Source: Solirubrobacterales bacterium
GTDB lineage: Bacteria; Actinomycetota; Thermoleophilia; Solirubrobacterales; JBBDJG01
Direction: 5' to 3'
DNA length: 64,000 nucleotides
Assembly (NCBI GenBank): GCA_038326655.1
Contig: JBBQKG010000003.1
Coordinates: 57,456-121,455, forward strand
A program made the translations under genes and the position numbers. The notes under the pieces were generated by a model. That model saw only the letters and a program-made list of their open reading frames with translations. It was not told the origin of the DNA and ran no database searches. Each line of letters begins with the position of its first letter. Within the stretch, counting starts at the first letter, position 1. This document shows positions 1 to 8,319 of this stretch, one piece after another.

Positions 1-612
1 CTCGCCGGCGGCGGTGCGGCGGGCGTTGCGCACAAGTCTGGCGCGATCGGGCCGGGCGGCGACAGCCACGGCGGGACGGCGATCGACCGGCAGGCCTCCG
101 GGAAGGCAGGTTCCGGCGCGGCGGCGGCTCACGCCAACACCGCCGGGCACGCCGGCAGGCAGCGATCCGGTAAGCCTTCAGACAAGTCTTCCGCGAAGCG
201 CGATGGCCACGCCGGGCCCGGCGCCGGCGCTCAGACGGGCGCCGGAGCGGCGGCGGGCGCAGGTTCGCTCGCCAAGGGCGCGACCGACAAGGCCGGCGCG
301 CTTACGGGCGGGCGCCTCGGGTCGGCGCTCGGAGGCGATCGCACCGGGGATCTCGGCGGCTCGATCGGCGACACCGCGACAGGCGTTGGCGACACCGCCG
401 GAGGCGCCGTGAGCGGCACGGTCGGCGGTGTCGGTGACACGGTCCAGGGCGTGGGCGGTACGGTCGGCGGTCCGGTGGGCGGGACGGTCAACCAGGTCGG
501 CGGGACCGTGAAGGGGCTCGGCACCACGGCCGGCCAGACGGTTACCGGCGTGGCGGGCGGCGCGACGGCTCCGCTGAGCGGGCAGTCGCTTCCCAAGACC
601 CAGCTTCCCTAG
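1..612 (+). CDS. Gly/Thr/Val-rich repeat protein, C-terminal part (5' end outside window)
   Basis: Frame 1 is open from base 1 to TAG 610-612, with G/C-dominated third codon positions. The competing ORF 14..412 is an Arg/Pro-rich shadow. The tail shows degenerate repeats GVGDTVQ GVGGTVG GPVGGTV NQVGGTV. The ORF track lists only the last 67 aa (409..612). Confidence 0.6.
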   Translation, partial: LAGGGAAGVAHKSGAIGPGGDSHGGTAIDRQASGKAGSGAAAAHANTAGHAGRQRSGKPSDKSSAKRDGHAGPGAGAQTGAGAAAGAGSLAKGATDKAGALTGGRLGSALGGDRTGDLGGSIGDTATGVGDTAGGAVSGTVGGVGDTVQGVGGTVGGPVGGTVNQVGGTVKGLGTTAGQTVTGVAGGATAPLSGQSLPKTQLP

Positions 613-667
613 CTCACTCCGGTCAAGCGCGGTCGGGTCGCTGTCGCGAGCAGGTACCCTGCCCGCC

Positions 668-910
668 ATGGCACCGCCAGAGCGGGACTCGTTCCTCGAG
701 TCCCTGATGGATACCAACCTCTACAGCATGGGTGCGTACTTCTCGGACCAGCACCCGGAGCTGGTCGACGAGGTGATCGAGCAGAGCACCGCGATCGAGG
801 ATCAGGGGATCCGGCTCTATTCCGAGCAGCACGACCTTACGCTCCAGGAGTGCTTCGAGACACTGATGACCGGCCTCGCGGTCCGGTATTACAAGGCCGT
901 CGCGTCCTAA
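668..910 (+). CDS. small acidic hypothetical protein (80 aa)
   Basis: ATG ORF with balanced, non-shadow composition (MAPPERDSFLESLMDTNLYSMGAYFSDQHPELVDEV...). It has GC3-rich codons and ends at TAA 908-910. No motif recognised. Confidence 0.55.
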   Translation: MAPPERDSFLESLMDTNLYSMGAYFSDQHPELVDEVIEQSTAIEDQGIRLYSEQHDLTLQECFETLMTGLAVRYYKAVAS

Positions 911-957
911 CGGGGCACGCGGGTCGCAGCGGACCTCTGCGATAATTGCGCCTTCGT

Positions 958-1031
958 CGGGGCGTAGCGCAGCCTGGTAGCGCGCACCGTTCGGGTCGGT
1001 GAGGTCCCCGGTTCGAATCCGGGCGCCCCGA
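958..1031 (+). tRNA. tRNA-Pro (anticodon CGG)
   Basis: Cloverleaf folded by hand. Acceptor CGGGGCG/CGCCCCG, D arm GCGC-AGCCTGGTA-GCGC, anticodon arm CACCG-TTCGGGT-CGGTG (CGG), T arm CCCGG-TTCGAAT-CCGGG, discriminator A, no encoded CCA. A GATAAT box lies about 12 nt upstream. Confidence 0.9.
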
Positions 1032-1076
1032 TGTATTTCCCTCACCACCCCTCGCCAAGTCGGGCATAATCGGAGC

Positions 1077-2051
1077 ATGCATGAGCACGGCTTTGCCGGA
1101 TCCGCCCGGCTGAGTCAGCCCACGAACGGGTTTCGCCACGAGGCGCTGTTCTATGCCGGTGAGGAGAGCTTCCTGGTCGGAACGGTTCCGTTCGTGCGCG
1201 ACGCGGTCGTGGGTGGCGAGCCCATCATGGTGGCGGTCGCCGATCACCGTGCCCGTGCGATCGCAGGCGAGCTGAACGGCGGGGCCGGGCACGTGCGCTT
1301 CGTCGACATGCCGGCGCTTGGGGTCAATCCCGCCCGCATCATCCCGGCGTGGCAGGCGTTCGTGAACGAGCACGCCGGCGGCGGCAAGCCCCTGCGCGGC
1401 ATCGGCGAGCCCGCGTGGCCGGGGCGCAGCGCCGCCGAGCTGGTCGAGTGCCGGCGCCACGAGATGCTCCTGAACCGGGTTTTTGGGGCCGCCCAGTCGC
1501 CGTTCTGGCTGCTCTGTCCCTACGACACCGAGGGGCTGGACCCCGGCGTGGTCGCGGGCGCCCGGTGCACCCACCCATTCGTCGCCGAAGGCGGCGTCGC
1601 CGCGGCCAGCGATGCCTATCTCGAGCCGGACCTGGCGCCGGGCCCATTCGAGGGCCGGCTGCCGCCTCCGTCCGAGGTCGCACGCGAGCTGGCCTTCGGC
1701 AGCGATCAGGTCCGCGCGGTGCGGAAGCTCGTGGCCGCGGAGGCGGCCGAAGCCGGCCTCGACAGCGTCCTGCGAGCCGACCTGACGGTGGCCGTGAGCG
1801 AGCTCGCCACGAACAGCGTGATCCACGGCGGGGGCGGCGGAACAGTGCGGCTGTGGCGCGAGCCGGGCGTGCTCGTGTGCGAGGTCTCCGATGCGGGGCG
1901 GCTGGAGGACCCTCTGCTCGGGCGGCGGCGTCCCCCGGCCCGGCGCGCACGCGGGCGGGGGCTCTGGCTCGTGAATCACCTCTGCGATCTGGTGCAGATC
2001 CGCTCCTCGGCGGCCGGAACCGTGATCCGGCTTCACATGCGACTCGCCTAG
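1077..2051 (+). CDS. MEDS-domain protein fused to an RsbW/SpoIIAB-like HATPase_c (anti-sigma regulatory kinase-like)
   Basis: ORF 999..2051 overlaps the tRNA, so the first plausible start is ATG 1077 (MHEHGF). The N-terminal half has a MEDS-like pattern (FRHEALFYAGEESF). The C-terminus resembles an anti-sigma Ser kinase ATPase (ELATNSVIHGGGGG, GRGLWLVNHLCD). Confidence 0.7.
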   Translation: MHEHGFAGSARLSQPTNGFRHEALFYAGEESFLVGTVPFVRDAVVGGEPIMVAVADHRARAIAGELNGGAGHVRFVDMPALGVNPARIIPAWQAFVNEHAGGGKPLRGIGEPAWPGRSAAELVECRRHEMLLNRVFGAAQSPFWLLCPYDTEGLDPGVVAGARCTHPFVAEGGVAAASDAYLEPDLAPGPFEGRLPPPSEVARELAFGSDQVRAVRKLVAAEAAEAGLDSVLRADLTVAVSELATNSVIHGGGGGTVRLWREPGVLVCEVSDAGRLEDPLLGRRRPPARRARGRGLWLVNHLCDLVQIRSSAAGTVIRLHMRLA

Positions 2052-2186
2052 CCGCGAAGCCCGAGAAAACCACGGCCCAGTCCGGGTTTGGCGAAGGTAT
2101 GCTGCCGGGCGCAGGTTCCCCTTCCTGCGGGAACCCGGAGGTCCCCTTCGTGTCGTGCGCCGCCCCGCGGCGCGGAAAGGAATCGC

Positions 2187-2726
2187 ATGTCAAATCGTCT
2201 CTGGCCGCGGGCCGTCGCGGCTGCCCTGCTGCTCGTGTTGGCACTGCTCGCCGGAACGGCCGTGGCGGCGTCGAAGAAGGCGCCCAACAAGGCCACGATC
2301 ACGATCAAGAGCCCGGTCAAGTACAAGAAGAACAAGTTCATCCAGGACGGCTCCCGCTACATCCCCGGCAACGTCGCGATCAAGTCGGGCGGCAAGCTGA
2401 CGCTCAAGAACAAGAGCGACCAGCCGCACACGTTCTCGATCGTGCAGAAGAAGGACCAGCCGAAGAACCTGAGGCAGGTGTTCGAGTGTGGATCGCCCGG
2501 CACGATCTGCGAGTCGATCTTCACCGCGTTCGCGCCCGACCCCGACGGAAACCCGACCAAGCCGGTGGTGGACGTGGGCAGCCCCGGGATCGACCAGGTC
2601 GGGGACGAGTTGTCCCTCAACCCGAAGTCGACCACCAAGGTGGACGTCAGCGCCAAGAAGGGCACGACGCTGTACTTCATGTGCGGCATCCACGCCTGGA
2701 TGCAGGGCTCGCTGAAAGTCCGCTGA
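2187..2726 (+). CDS. secreted cupredoxin (plastocyanin/amicyanin-like blue copper protein)
   Basis: ATG 2187 follows GGAAAGGA. Signal peptide AAALLLVLALLAGTAVAAS. Type-1 Cu ligand pattern: His in QPHTFS, then C-x2-H-x2-M in FMCGIHAWMQG. Confidence 0.8.
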   Translation: MSNRLWPRAVAAALLLVLALLAGTAVAASKKAPNKATITIKSPVKYKKNKFIQDGSRYIPGNVAIKSGGKLTLKNKSDQPHTFSIVQKKDQPKNLRQVFECGSPGTICESIFTAFAPDPDGNPTKPVVDVGSPGIDQVGDELSLNPKSTTKVDVSAKKGTTLYFMCGIHAWMQGSLKVR

Positions 2727-2730
2727 TGCG

Positions 2731-3663
2731 GTGAGGCTCCGCGCCGTCGCAGCACTGGCGGCAGCCGCGGCGATCATGGTCGCGGCTGCCGCACCGGCGC
2801 ACGCCTCGGTGCGGGAGTACTGGGTTGCGGCCGTGCCGGTCACGTGGAACGTCGTGCCGAACGGGCACGACGCGATCATGGACGAGAGCTTCACGCCAGC
2901 ACAGACGCTGTTTCCCACGGTTGTCTACCGGCGCTACACGCGGGGCTGGAAGCACCCTCTGCCGAACTCGATGGCCGGCAGCCAGCCGGGCACGGCGATC
3001 CCCGGGCCGCTGCTCCACGCCCGCGTCGGCGACCGCATCCTCGTCCACTTCAAGAACGAGGACACGATCTTCGGGCAACCGCACTCGATGCACTTTCACG
3101 GCGTCCACTACCGGCCCATCTCGGACGGCGCGTACCTGCCCGGTTTCTCCGGCCGGGACGGCGACGTGAAGCCCGGCCAGACCTGGACCTATCGGCTCCA
3201 GGCAGGCCGCGACTCGACTGGCGCGTGGCCCTACCATGACCACTCCCCCTCGATGGACCAGTCGATCGGCGGCGGAATGTACGGGACGCTGTCGATCCTC
3301 GGGCCCCGCGAGCGGGCGCCGGATCGGGAGTTCGTCGTGTACTTCGAATTCACGAAGGGCTTTGCGACGGTCGACGGCCGCGCGTTCGTCGGCAACACGC
3401 CGGTCTTCCGCTCGCGGGTCGGCGATCTCGTGCAGTGGGACGTGCTCGCGCTGGGTTCGGAGCACCACACCTTCCATGTCCACGGGCATCGGTGGCGCGA
3501 GCAGGGAACCCCGCGCGACACGAAGACGGTCGGCCCGGCCGAAAGCTTTCGCATCCGCTGGCGCGAGGACGCGCCGGGCACGTGGCTCTACCACTGCCAC
3601 GTGGAGCAGCACATGATGCACGGCATGATCGGCATCTACCGCGTCTCCGGCCGGCGGGGATGA
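2731..3663 (+). CDS. two-domain multicopper oxidase (small-laccase/SLAC-like)
   Basis: GTG 2731 with a signal peptide. Four copper motifs (HSMHFHG, WPYHDH, HTFHVHGH, HCHVEQHMMHGM) fit into only 310 aa, which implies a two-domain architecture with the type-1 site in domain 2. Confidence 0.85.
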   Translation: MRLRAVAALAAAAAIMVAAAAPAHASVREYWVAAVPVTWNVVPNGHDAIMDESFTPAQTLFPTVVYRRYTRGWKHPLPNSMAGSQPGTAIPGPLLHARVGDRILVHFKNEDTIFGQPHSMHFHGVHYRPISDGAYLPGFSGRDGDVKPGQTWTYRLQAGRDSTGAWPYHDHSPSMDQSIGGGMYGTLSILGPRERAPDREFVVYFEFTKGFATVDGRAFVGNTPVFRSRVGDLVQWDVLALGSEHHTFHVHGHRWREQGTPRDTKTVGPAESFRIRWREDAPGTWLYHCHVEQHMMHGMIGIYRVSGRRG

Positions 3664-4502
3664 GCATCCGAACGCTGATCGCGGCGACCCTCGTGGCCGC
3701 CCTTGCTGCCGTCCCCGCGCAGGCGGACACGGTTACCGTCGCGATTTCCGACTTCCACTTCACGCCGCCTCAGACGACCGTGCTGGCGGGGGACACCGTG
3801 GGCTGGCGGAACGGCAGCTTCATCAACCAGCACACGGTCACGAGCGCCGGCTTCGATTCCGGCCCGATCGTCCCGGGAGGCGGCTTCTTTCACGACTTCG
3901 CCGACCCGGGGCCGCAGCTCTACGCCTGCTCGATCCACCCGTTCATGACCGGCGAGGTGGATGTCTACCGGCTGCTGCTGCACGGGCCCGACCGGGCCGT
4001 CGCCCGCGGCGCGGCGACCGCCGTGAGCGGCCGGGCTGCGGCGGGCGTCGGACCGGTCTCGATCGAGGAGGACACCGGCGCGGGCTTCCACGCCGTGGCC
4101 ACGGCCCATACCGATCGCGGCAGCTTCCGCGCGACGGTCCATCCCAATGCGAACGCCTCCTACCGCGCGGTCTCGGGCACCGATGCGAGCCCGCCCGTGC
4201 AGGTCGAGGTGACCGACGTCAGCCAGTTCAAGCTGAGGAAGGCCCGCGGGCGCCTGCGCGTGCATGTCGATCCGCTGAATCCAGGCGCACGGGTGTCGCT
4301 GCAGCTCCGGCTGCGCGAGCGCTTCGGCTGGTGGACGGTGGCGCGCGCCCGCCTCGACGCGCGCTCCAGCGCAAGCTTCCCGATCCGGCTTCGCGATCGC
4401 CGGAACGCCAGGGCGCGCGTCGTCCTGACCCAGAGCGACGGCTGGACCGCGCTCGCCGTGAGCGATGCCGTGCGGATCCGCGCCCGTCGCGCGCATCGTT
4501 AG
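3660..4502 (+). CDS. secreted cupredoxin-domain protein with uncharacterised C-terminal domain
   Basis: ATG 3660 overlaps the oxidase stop (ATGA). Signal peptide LIAATLVAALAAVPAQA. Type-1 Cu pattern HTVTS...CSIHPFMTG. About 170 aa of C-terminal sequence has no recognisable motif. Confidence 0.75.
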   Translation: MSIRTLIAATLVAALAAVPAQADTVTVAISDFHFTPPQTTVLAGDTVGWRNGSFINQHTVTSAGFDSGPIVPGGGFFHDFADPGPQLYACSIHPFMTGEVDVYRLLLHGPDRAVARGAATAVSGRAAAGVGPVSIEEDTGAGFHAVATAHTDRGSFRATVHPNANASYRAVSGTDASPPVQVEVTDVSQFKLRKARGRLRVHVDPLNPGARVSLQLRLRERFGWWTVARARLDARSSASFPIRLRDRRNARARVVLTQSDGWTALAVSDAVRIRARRAHR

Positions 4503-4513
4503 CATCCCGCGCC

Positions 4514-5500
4514 ATGCGCGCGATGCAGATCAGCGACCTCGGCGGCCCCGGCGCGCTAGCGCTCGCCGACGTGACGGAGCCGGAGGCGAGCCACATGCTC
4601 ACCCCGGGCGAGGGCGTGGTGGTCGACGTGAAGGCGGCCGCCGTGTCGTTCCCGGACGTGCTCCAGAGCCGTGGGCTCTACCAGTTCAAGCCCGACCTGC
4701 CATTCGTCCCCGGCGCCGAGGTTGGGGGCGTGGTGCGCTCCGCGCCCGAGGGCTCCGGCCTCGAGCCGGGTGACCGGGTGGCGGCGTTCACGGCGCTCGG
4801 CGGCCTTGCCGAGGTCGCGGTGGCGCCTGCCTTCATGACCTTCAAGCTGGCTGACTCGCTCGACTTCGCACAGGGCGCGGCGCTGATCCTCAACTACCAC
4901 ACGGCGTACTTTGCGTTGAAGCTACGTGGCCGGCTGCAAGCGGGCGAGCGAGTGCTCGTGCATGGCGCCGCCGGCGGCGTGGGCACGGCCTCGCTTCAGG
5001 TCGCGAAGGGCCTGGGCGCGCACACGATCGCGGTCGTCTCGAGCGACGAGAAGGAGCAGGTCGCGCGCGAGGCGGGGGCGGGCGAGGTCGTGCGAGCAGA
5101 CGGGCCGTGGCGCGAGCAGGTGGTCGAGCTCGGCGGCGCCGACGTGGTGCTCGATCCGGTCGGCGGGGACCGCTTCACTGACAGCCTTCGCTCGCTGCGC
5201 GAGGACGGGCGCGTGGTCGTCGTGGGGTTCACCGGCGGTTCGATCCCGGAGGTGAAGGTGAACCGCCTGCTGCTGCGCAACACGGAGGTCGTCGGCGCCG
5301 GATGGGGCGCCTACGCGATGGCCAAGCCCGCGCTCAGCCGCGAGATCGGGGAGGCGCTCGACCGCCTGATCGCGGATGGCTCGGTCCGGCCGATCGTGGG
5401 CGCGCGCTTTCCGCTCGCACAGGGCGCGGATGCGATGCGGCTGATCGAGGAGCGCGGCGCGACCGGCAAGGTGGTGCTCGACGTTGACGGCGCAGGCTAG
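4514..5500 (+). CDS. NADPH:quinone oxidoreductase / zeta-crystallin family medium-chain reductase
   Basis: ATG 4514 (MRAMQISDLGGPGAL). MDR fold pattern with nucleotide motif VHGAAGGVGTA. Ends in ERGATGKVVL, typical of the Qor family. Confidence 0.85.
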   Translation: MRAMQISDLGGPGALALADVTEPEASHMLTPGEGVVVDVKAAAVSFPDVLQSRGLYQFKPDLPFVPGAEVGGVVRSAPEGSGLEPGDRVAAFTALGGLAEVAVAPAFMTFKLADSLDFAQGAALILNYHTAYFALKLRGRLQAGERVLVHGAAGGVGTASLQVAKGLGAHTIAVVSSDEKEQVAREAGAGEVVRADGPWREQVVELGGADVVLDPVGGDRFTDSLRSLREDGRVVVVGFTGGSIPEVKVNRLLLRNTEVVGAGWGAYAMAKPALSREIGEALDRLIADGSVRPIVGARFPLAQGADAMRLIEERGATGKVVLDVDGAG

Positions 5501-5509
5501 GTTCTTCCC

Positions 5510-5977
5510 GTGGTCACCCTGACAGGCATCGACGAGGTGAAAGCCCACGTGGGCGAGGAGCTCGGGGTGAGCGACTGGCACGAGGTCACGCAGGACGACA
5601 TCGACACGTTCGCCGAGGTGACCGGCGACGACTACTGGATCCACCTCGACGTCGAGCGGGCCAGGCAGGGCCCATTCGGAGGCACGATCGCCCACGGCTA
5701 CTACACGCTCTCGCTCGCGCCGATGTTCTCCTACCGCATGTTCTCGTTCGGCGGCTTCGCCTTCGGCGTGAACTACGGCGTCAACCGGGTGCGCTTTCCG
5801 GCGCCGATGCCGGTCGGCGACCGCGTGCGCATGCGCGCGAAGCTGGCGTCGGTCGAGGAGGTCCCGGGCGGCGCGCAGATCACGACTGAGCTGACCTTCG
5901 AGCGCGAGGGCGGCGACAAGCCGGTCTGCGTGGCCGAATCGCTGACGCGCGTGTATACCGGCGAAGCGACCGGCTGA
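5510..5977 (+). CDS. MaoC-like (R)-specific enoyl-CoA hydratase/dehydratase, hotdog fold
   Basis: GTG 5510. Contains VTQDDIDTFAEVTGDDYWIHLDVERA and IAHGYYTLSL, the MaoC dehydratase signature region. Confidence 0.8.
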   Translation: MVTLTGIDEVKAHVGEELGVSDWHEVTQDDIDTFAEVTGDDYWIHLDVERARQGPFGGTIAHGYYTLSLAPMFSYRMFSFGGFAFGVNYGVNRVRFPAPMPVGDRVRMRAKLASVEEVPGGAQITTELTFEREGGDKPVCVAESLTRVYTGEATG

Positions 5978-6006
5978 GCCGGTCGCCGGAGACCCCGAGA
6001 CCCGGC

Positions 6007-7161
6007 CTAGAGGCCGTAGGTGCGGCCGATGATCTCGCGCTGGATCTCGCTCGTTCCGCCGAAGATCGTCGTCACGAGCGCGTGGCGGACGTGGCTCTCC
6101 ATGTCGTACTCGGTCGCGTAGCCGTAGCCGCCCATCATCTGCATGCCCTCCAGCGACATCCGCTTCGCGGTCTCGGTCGCCTTCAGCTTCGCCATCGACG
6201 CTTCGCGGGGGAACATCCGCGCCGGGTCGGCATCGACGCGCGCGGCCACGTCGTAGACCAGCAGGCGGCAGCACTCGATCTCGGTCGCGAGGTCGGCGAG
6301 CCGATGCTTGAGCGCCTGGAAGGACCCGATCGGGCGATCGAACTGGCGTCGTTCGGTCACGTAGGCGAGCGTGTCGTCGAACGCCCGGCGAGCCATGCCG
6401 AGCGCCTGCGCGGCAAGGATGAGCCGCTCGATGTTGAGCCCGGCCATCAGCTGGGTCCAGCCGTGGTCCACCTGGCCCAGAAGCGCTTCCGCCGGCACCA
6501 CGCAGTCGGTGAAGAAGAGGTCGTTCACCTCGCGGCCGCCCAAGGTCTGGATCGGACGCACCTCCATCCCGGCTGCGCCAGCCGGTACGTTGAGCATCGA
6601 GATGCCCTCGTGCTTGGTCGCGCCCCGGCTCGTGCGGGCGACGAGCAGGACGTGCTCGGAGATGTGGGCGTTGGAGATCCAGGTCTTCTGGCCGTTCAAG
6701 ACGTAGGTGCCGTCGCGCCGCTCCGCGCGGCAGGTGAGGCTGCCGACGTCCGAGCCCGCTCCCGGCTCTGACATCGCGATCGCCTCGACCGCCCCGCGCA
6801 CGATGCCGCCGAGGATCCCCTGCTTCTGCTCCTCCGTCCCGAAGCGCTCGTATGCGCCCGCCACGATGAACGTCGTCACCATCGCGCCCACGACGGGTGC
6901 CATTCCGTACGCCAGCTCGTCGAGGAGCAGGCACATGTCGACCGCCCCCGCGCCCGAGCCTCCGTACTCCTGCGGCACCGCCACGCCGAGCCAGCCGAGG
7001 TCGGCCATCCGCAGGTAGAGCTCCGGGTTGAAGCCGTCCTCGCGGCTGCCGGTGAGGCGGTCCCGCTGCTCGCGCGTGCCGCACTCACGCCGGCAGAAGT
7101 CGCGGATCGACTCCACGAATGCTCGGCGTTCGTCGGTCTGCTCGATTGCGCGGGTCGTCAT
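6007..7161 (-). CDS. acyl-CoA dehydrogenase
   Basis: ATG 7161 follows AGGAGA. The longer 474-aa ORF prefix is Arg/Ser-rich shadow. ACAD motifs AMSEPGAGSD, GQKTWISN and GGYGYATEYD, C-terminal EIQREIIGR. Confidence 0.9.
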   Translation of the reverse strand: MTTRAIEQTDERRAFVESIRDFCRRECGTREQRDRLTGSREDGFNPELYLRMADLGWLGVAVPQEYGGSGAGAVDMCLLLDELAYGMAPVVGAMVTTFIVAGAYERFGTEEQKQGILGGIVRGAVEAIAMSEPGAGSDVGSLTCRAERRDGTYVLNGQKTWISNAHISEHVLLVARTSRGATKHEGISMLNVPAGAAGMEVRPIQTLGGREVNDLFFTDCVVPAEALLGQVDHGWTQLMAGLNIERLILAAQALGMARRAFDDTLAYVTERRQFDRPIGSFQALKHRLADLATEIECCRLLVYDVAARVDADPARMFPREASMAKLKATETAKRMSLEGMQMMGGYGYATEYDMESHVRHALVTTIFGGTSEIQREIIGRTYGL

Positions 7162-7204
7162 AGGCTCTCCTGTCTTGCCGGTGTCGTCCACGAACTTACA
7201 GGAG

Positions 7205-8311
7205 GTGACTGTCCGCGAGCTGAACCGGGCGACGCTCGCCCGGCAACTGCTGCTCGCGCGAGCAGCGATGTCGATCCCGGATGCGATCGCCCGGCTGGTG
7301 GGCCTGCAGGCGCAGATGCCGAGCCCGCCGCACGTGGGACTGTGGAGCCGCCTGACCGAGTTCCGCGCCGATGATCTGGTCGGGCTGATCGAGCGCCGCC
7401 AGGTGGTCCGGGCGACGATGATGCGGCACACGCTGCACCTGATCGGCGCGAGGGACTATCTGAAGCTGCGGCCGGCGGTGCAGCCGGCATTGACCCGCGC
7501 GCTCCAGGGCATCGCGGGCAAGCGCATCGCTGGTGTCGACGTCGAGCGGCTCGTGCAGGCGGCACGGGAGTTCGTTCGCGAGCAGCCCAGGACCTTCGCC
7601 GAGATCCGGGTGCTGGTGGGCGAGCTCGAGCCCGAGGAGGACATTTCCGCGCTCACCTACGCGGTGCGCACCCATCTCAACCTGGTGCAGGTCCCCGGCG
7701 GTGGCTTGTGGGGCTATCCCGGCGGCAGCGTGCGGTACACGCTCGCGGAGTCCTGGCTTCGAAAGCCGGTCAGAACCGCGGAGGACCCCCGCGAGCTGGT
7801 GCTGCGCTACCTCGCGGGCTTCGGGCCCGCGAGCGTGCGCGACATCCAGGCATGGTCCGGGCTCGGCGGGTTGAAGGCGGTCGTGGAGGAGCTGCGGCCA
7901 AAGCTGCGCTCGCTTCGCGACGAGCGCGGGAGAGAGCTGTTCGACGTTCCCGACGCGCCCCTGCCCGGCGCAGACCACCCCGCGCCGCCTCGGTTCCTGC
8001 CCGACTACGACAACGTGATCCTCGGCCACGCGGACCGGAGCCGCGTGATCGCCGACGCGCACCGCCCGGCGGTCTACCTGAAGGCCGCGCGCGTCCGGGC
8101 CACCTTCCTCCTCGACGGCTTCGTGAGCGGGACCTGGAGGATCGAGCGCACGCGGGAGGCTTCGACGCTCGTGATCGAGCCTTTCGCGAGGCTGGCGGGC
8201 GAGGATCGGGCCGCGCTCACCGGGGAGGCGGACGGCCTGGTGGCGTTCGTGGAGCCGGCCGCCAAGCGACATGCCGTGCGGATCGCGCGCCTCGCTCGCC
8301 GATCCGGTTGA
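7205..8311 (+). CDS. winged-helix DNA-binding protein of the AlkZ/YcaQ (HTH_42) family, putative DNA glycosylase
   Basis: The family-typical N-terminus LNRATLARQLLL then GLQAQ begins near GTG 7205. The exact start is uncertain because there is no well-spaced SD. The upstream part of ORF 7028..8311 is antisense to the ACAD gene. Confidence 0.7.
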   Translation: MTVRELNRATLARQLLLARAAMSIPDAIARLVGLQAQMPSPPHVGLWSRLTEFRADDLVGLIERRQVVRATMMRHTLHLIGARDYLKLRPAVQPALTRALQGIAGKRIAGVDVERLVQAAREFVREQPRTFAEIRVLVGELEPEEDISALTYAVRTHLNLVQVPGGGLWGYPGGSVRYTLAESWLRKPVRTAEDPRELVLRYLAGFGPASVRDIQAWSGLGGLKAVVEELRPKLRSLRDERGRELFDVPDAPLPGADHPAPPRFLPDYDNVILGHADRSRVIADAHRPAVYLKAARVRATFLLDGFVSGTWRIERTREASTLVIEPFARLAGEDRAALTGEADGLVAFVEPAAKRHAVRIARLARRSG

Positions 8312-8319
8312 ATTGCCCC

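Noticed and set aside
14-412. 132-aa frame-2 ORF at the left edge
   Set aside because: Its translation is Arg/Pro/Ala-rich with poor third-position bias. Frame 1 is open across the same DNA, with strong GC3 and a coherent repeat protein.
958-4502. Possible genomic island integrated at tRNA-Pro
   Set aside because: I saw no integrase or recombinase gene, no direct repeat of the tRNA 3' end downstream, and no obvious compositional shift. The copper genes look native.
4922-7084. 720-aa minus-strand ORF across the quinone reductase, MaoC and ACAD genes
   Set aside because: Same shadow-frame signature (Arg/Pro/Gly-rich, no motifs). Three well-supported genes explain the region.
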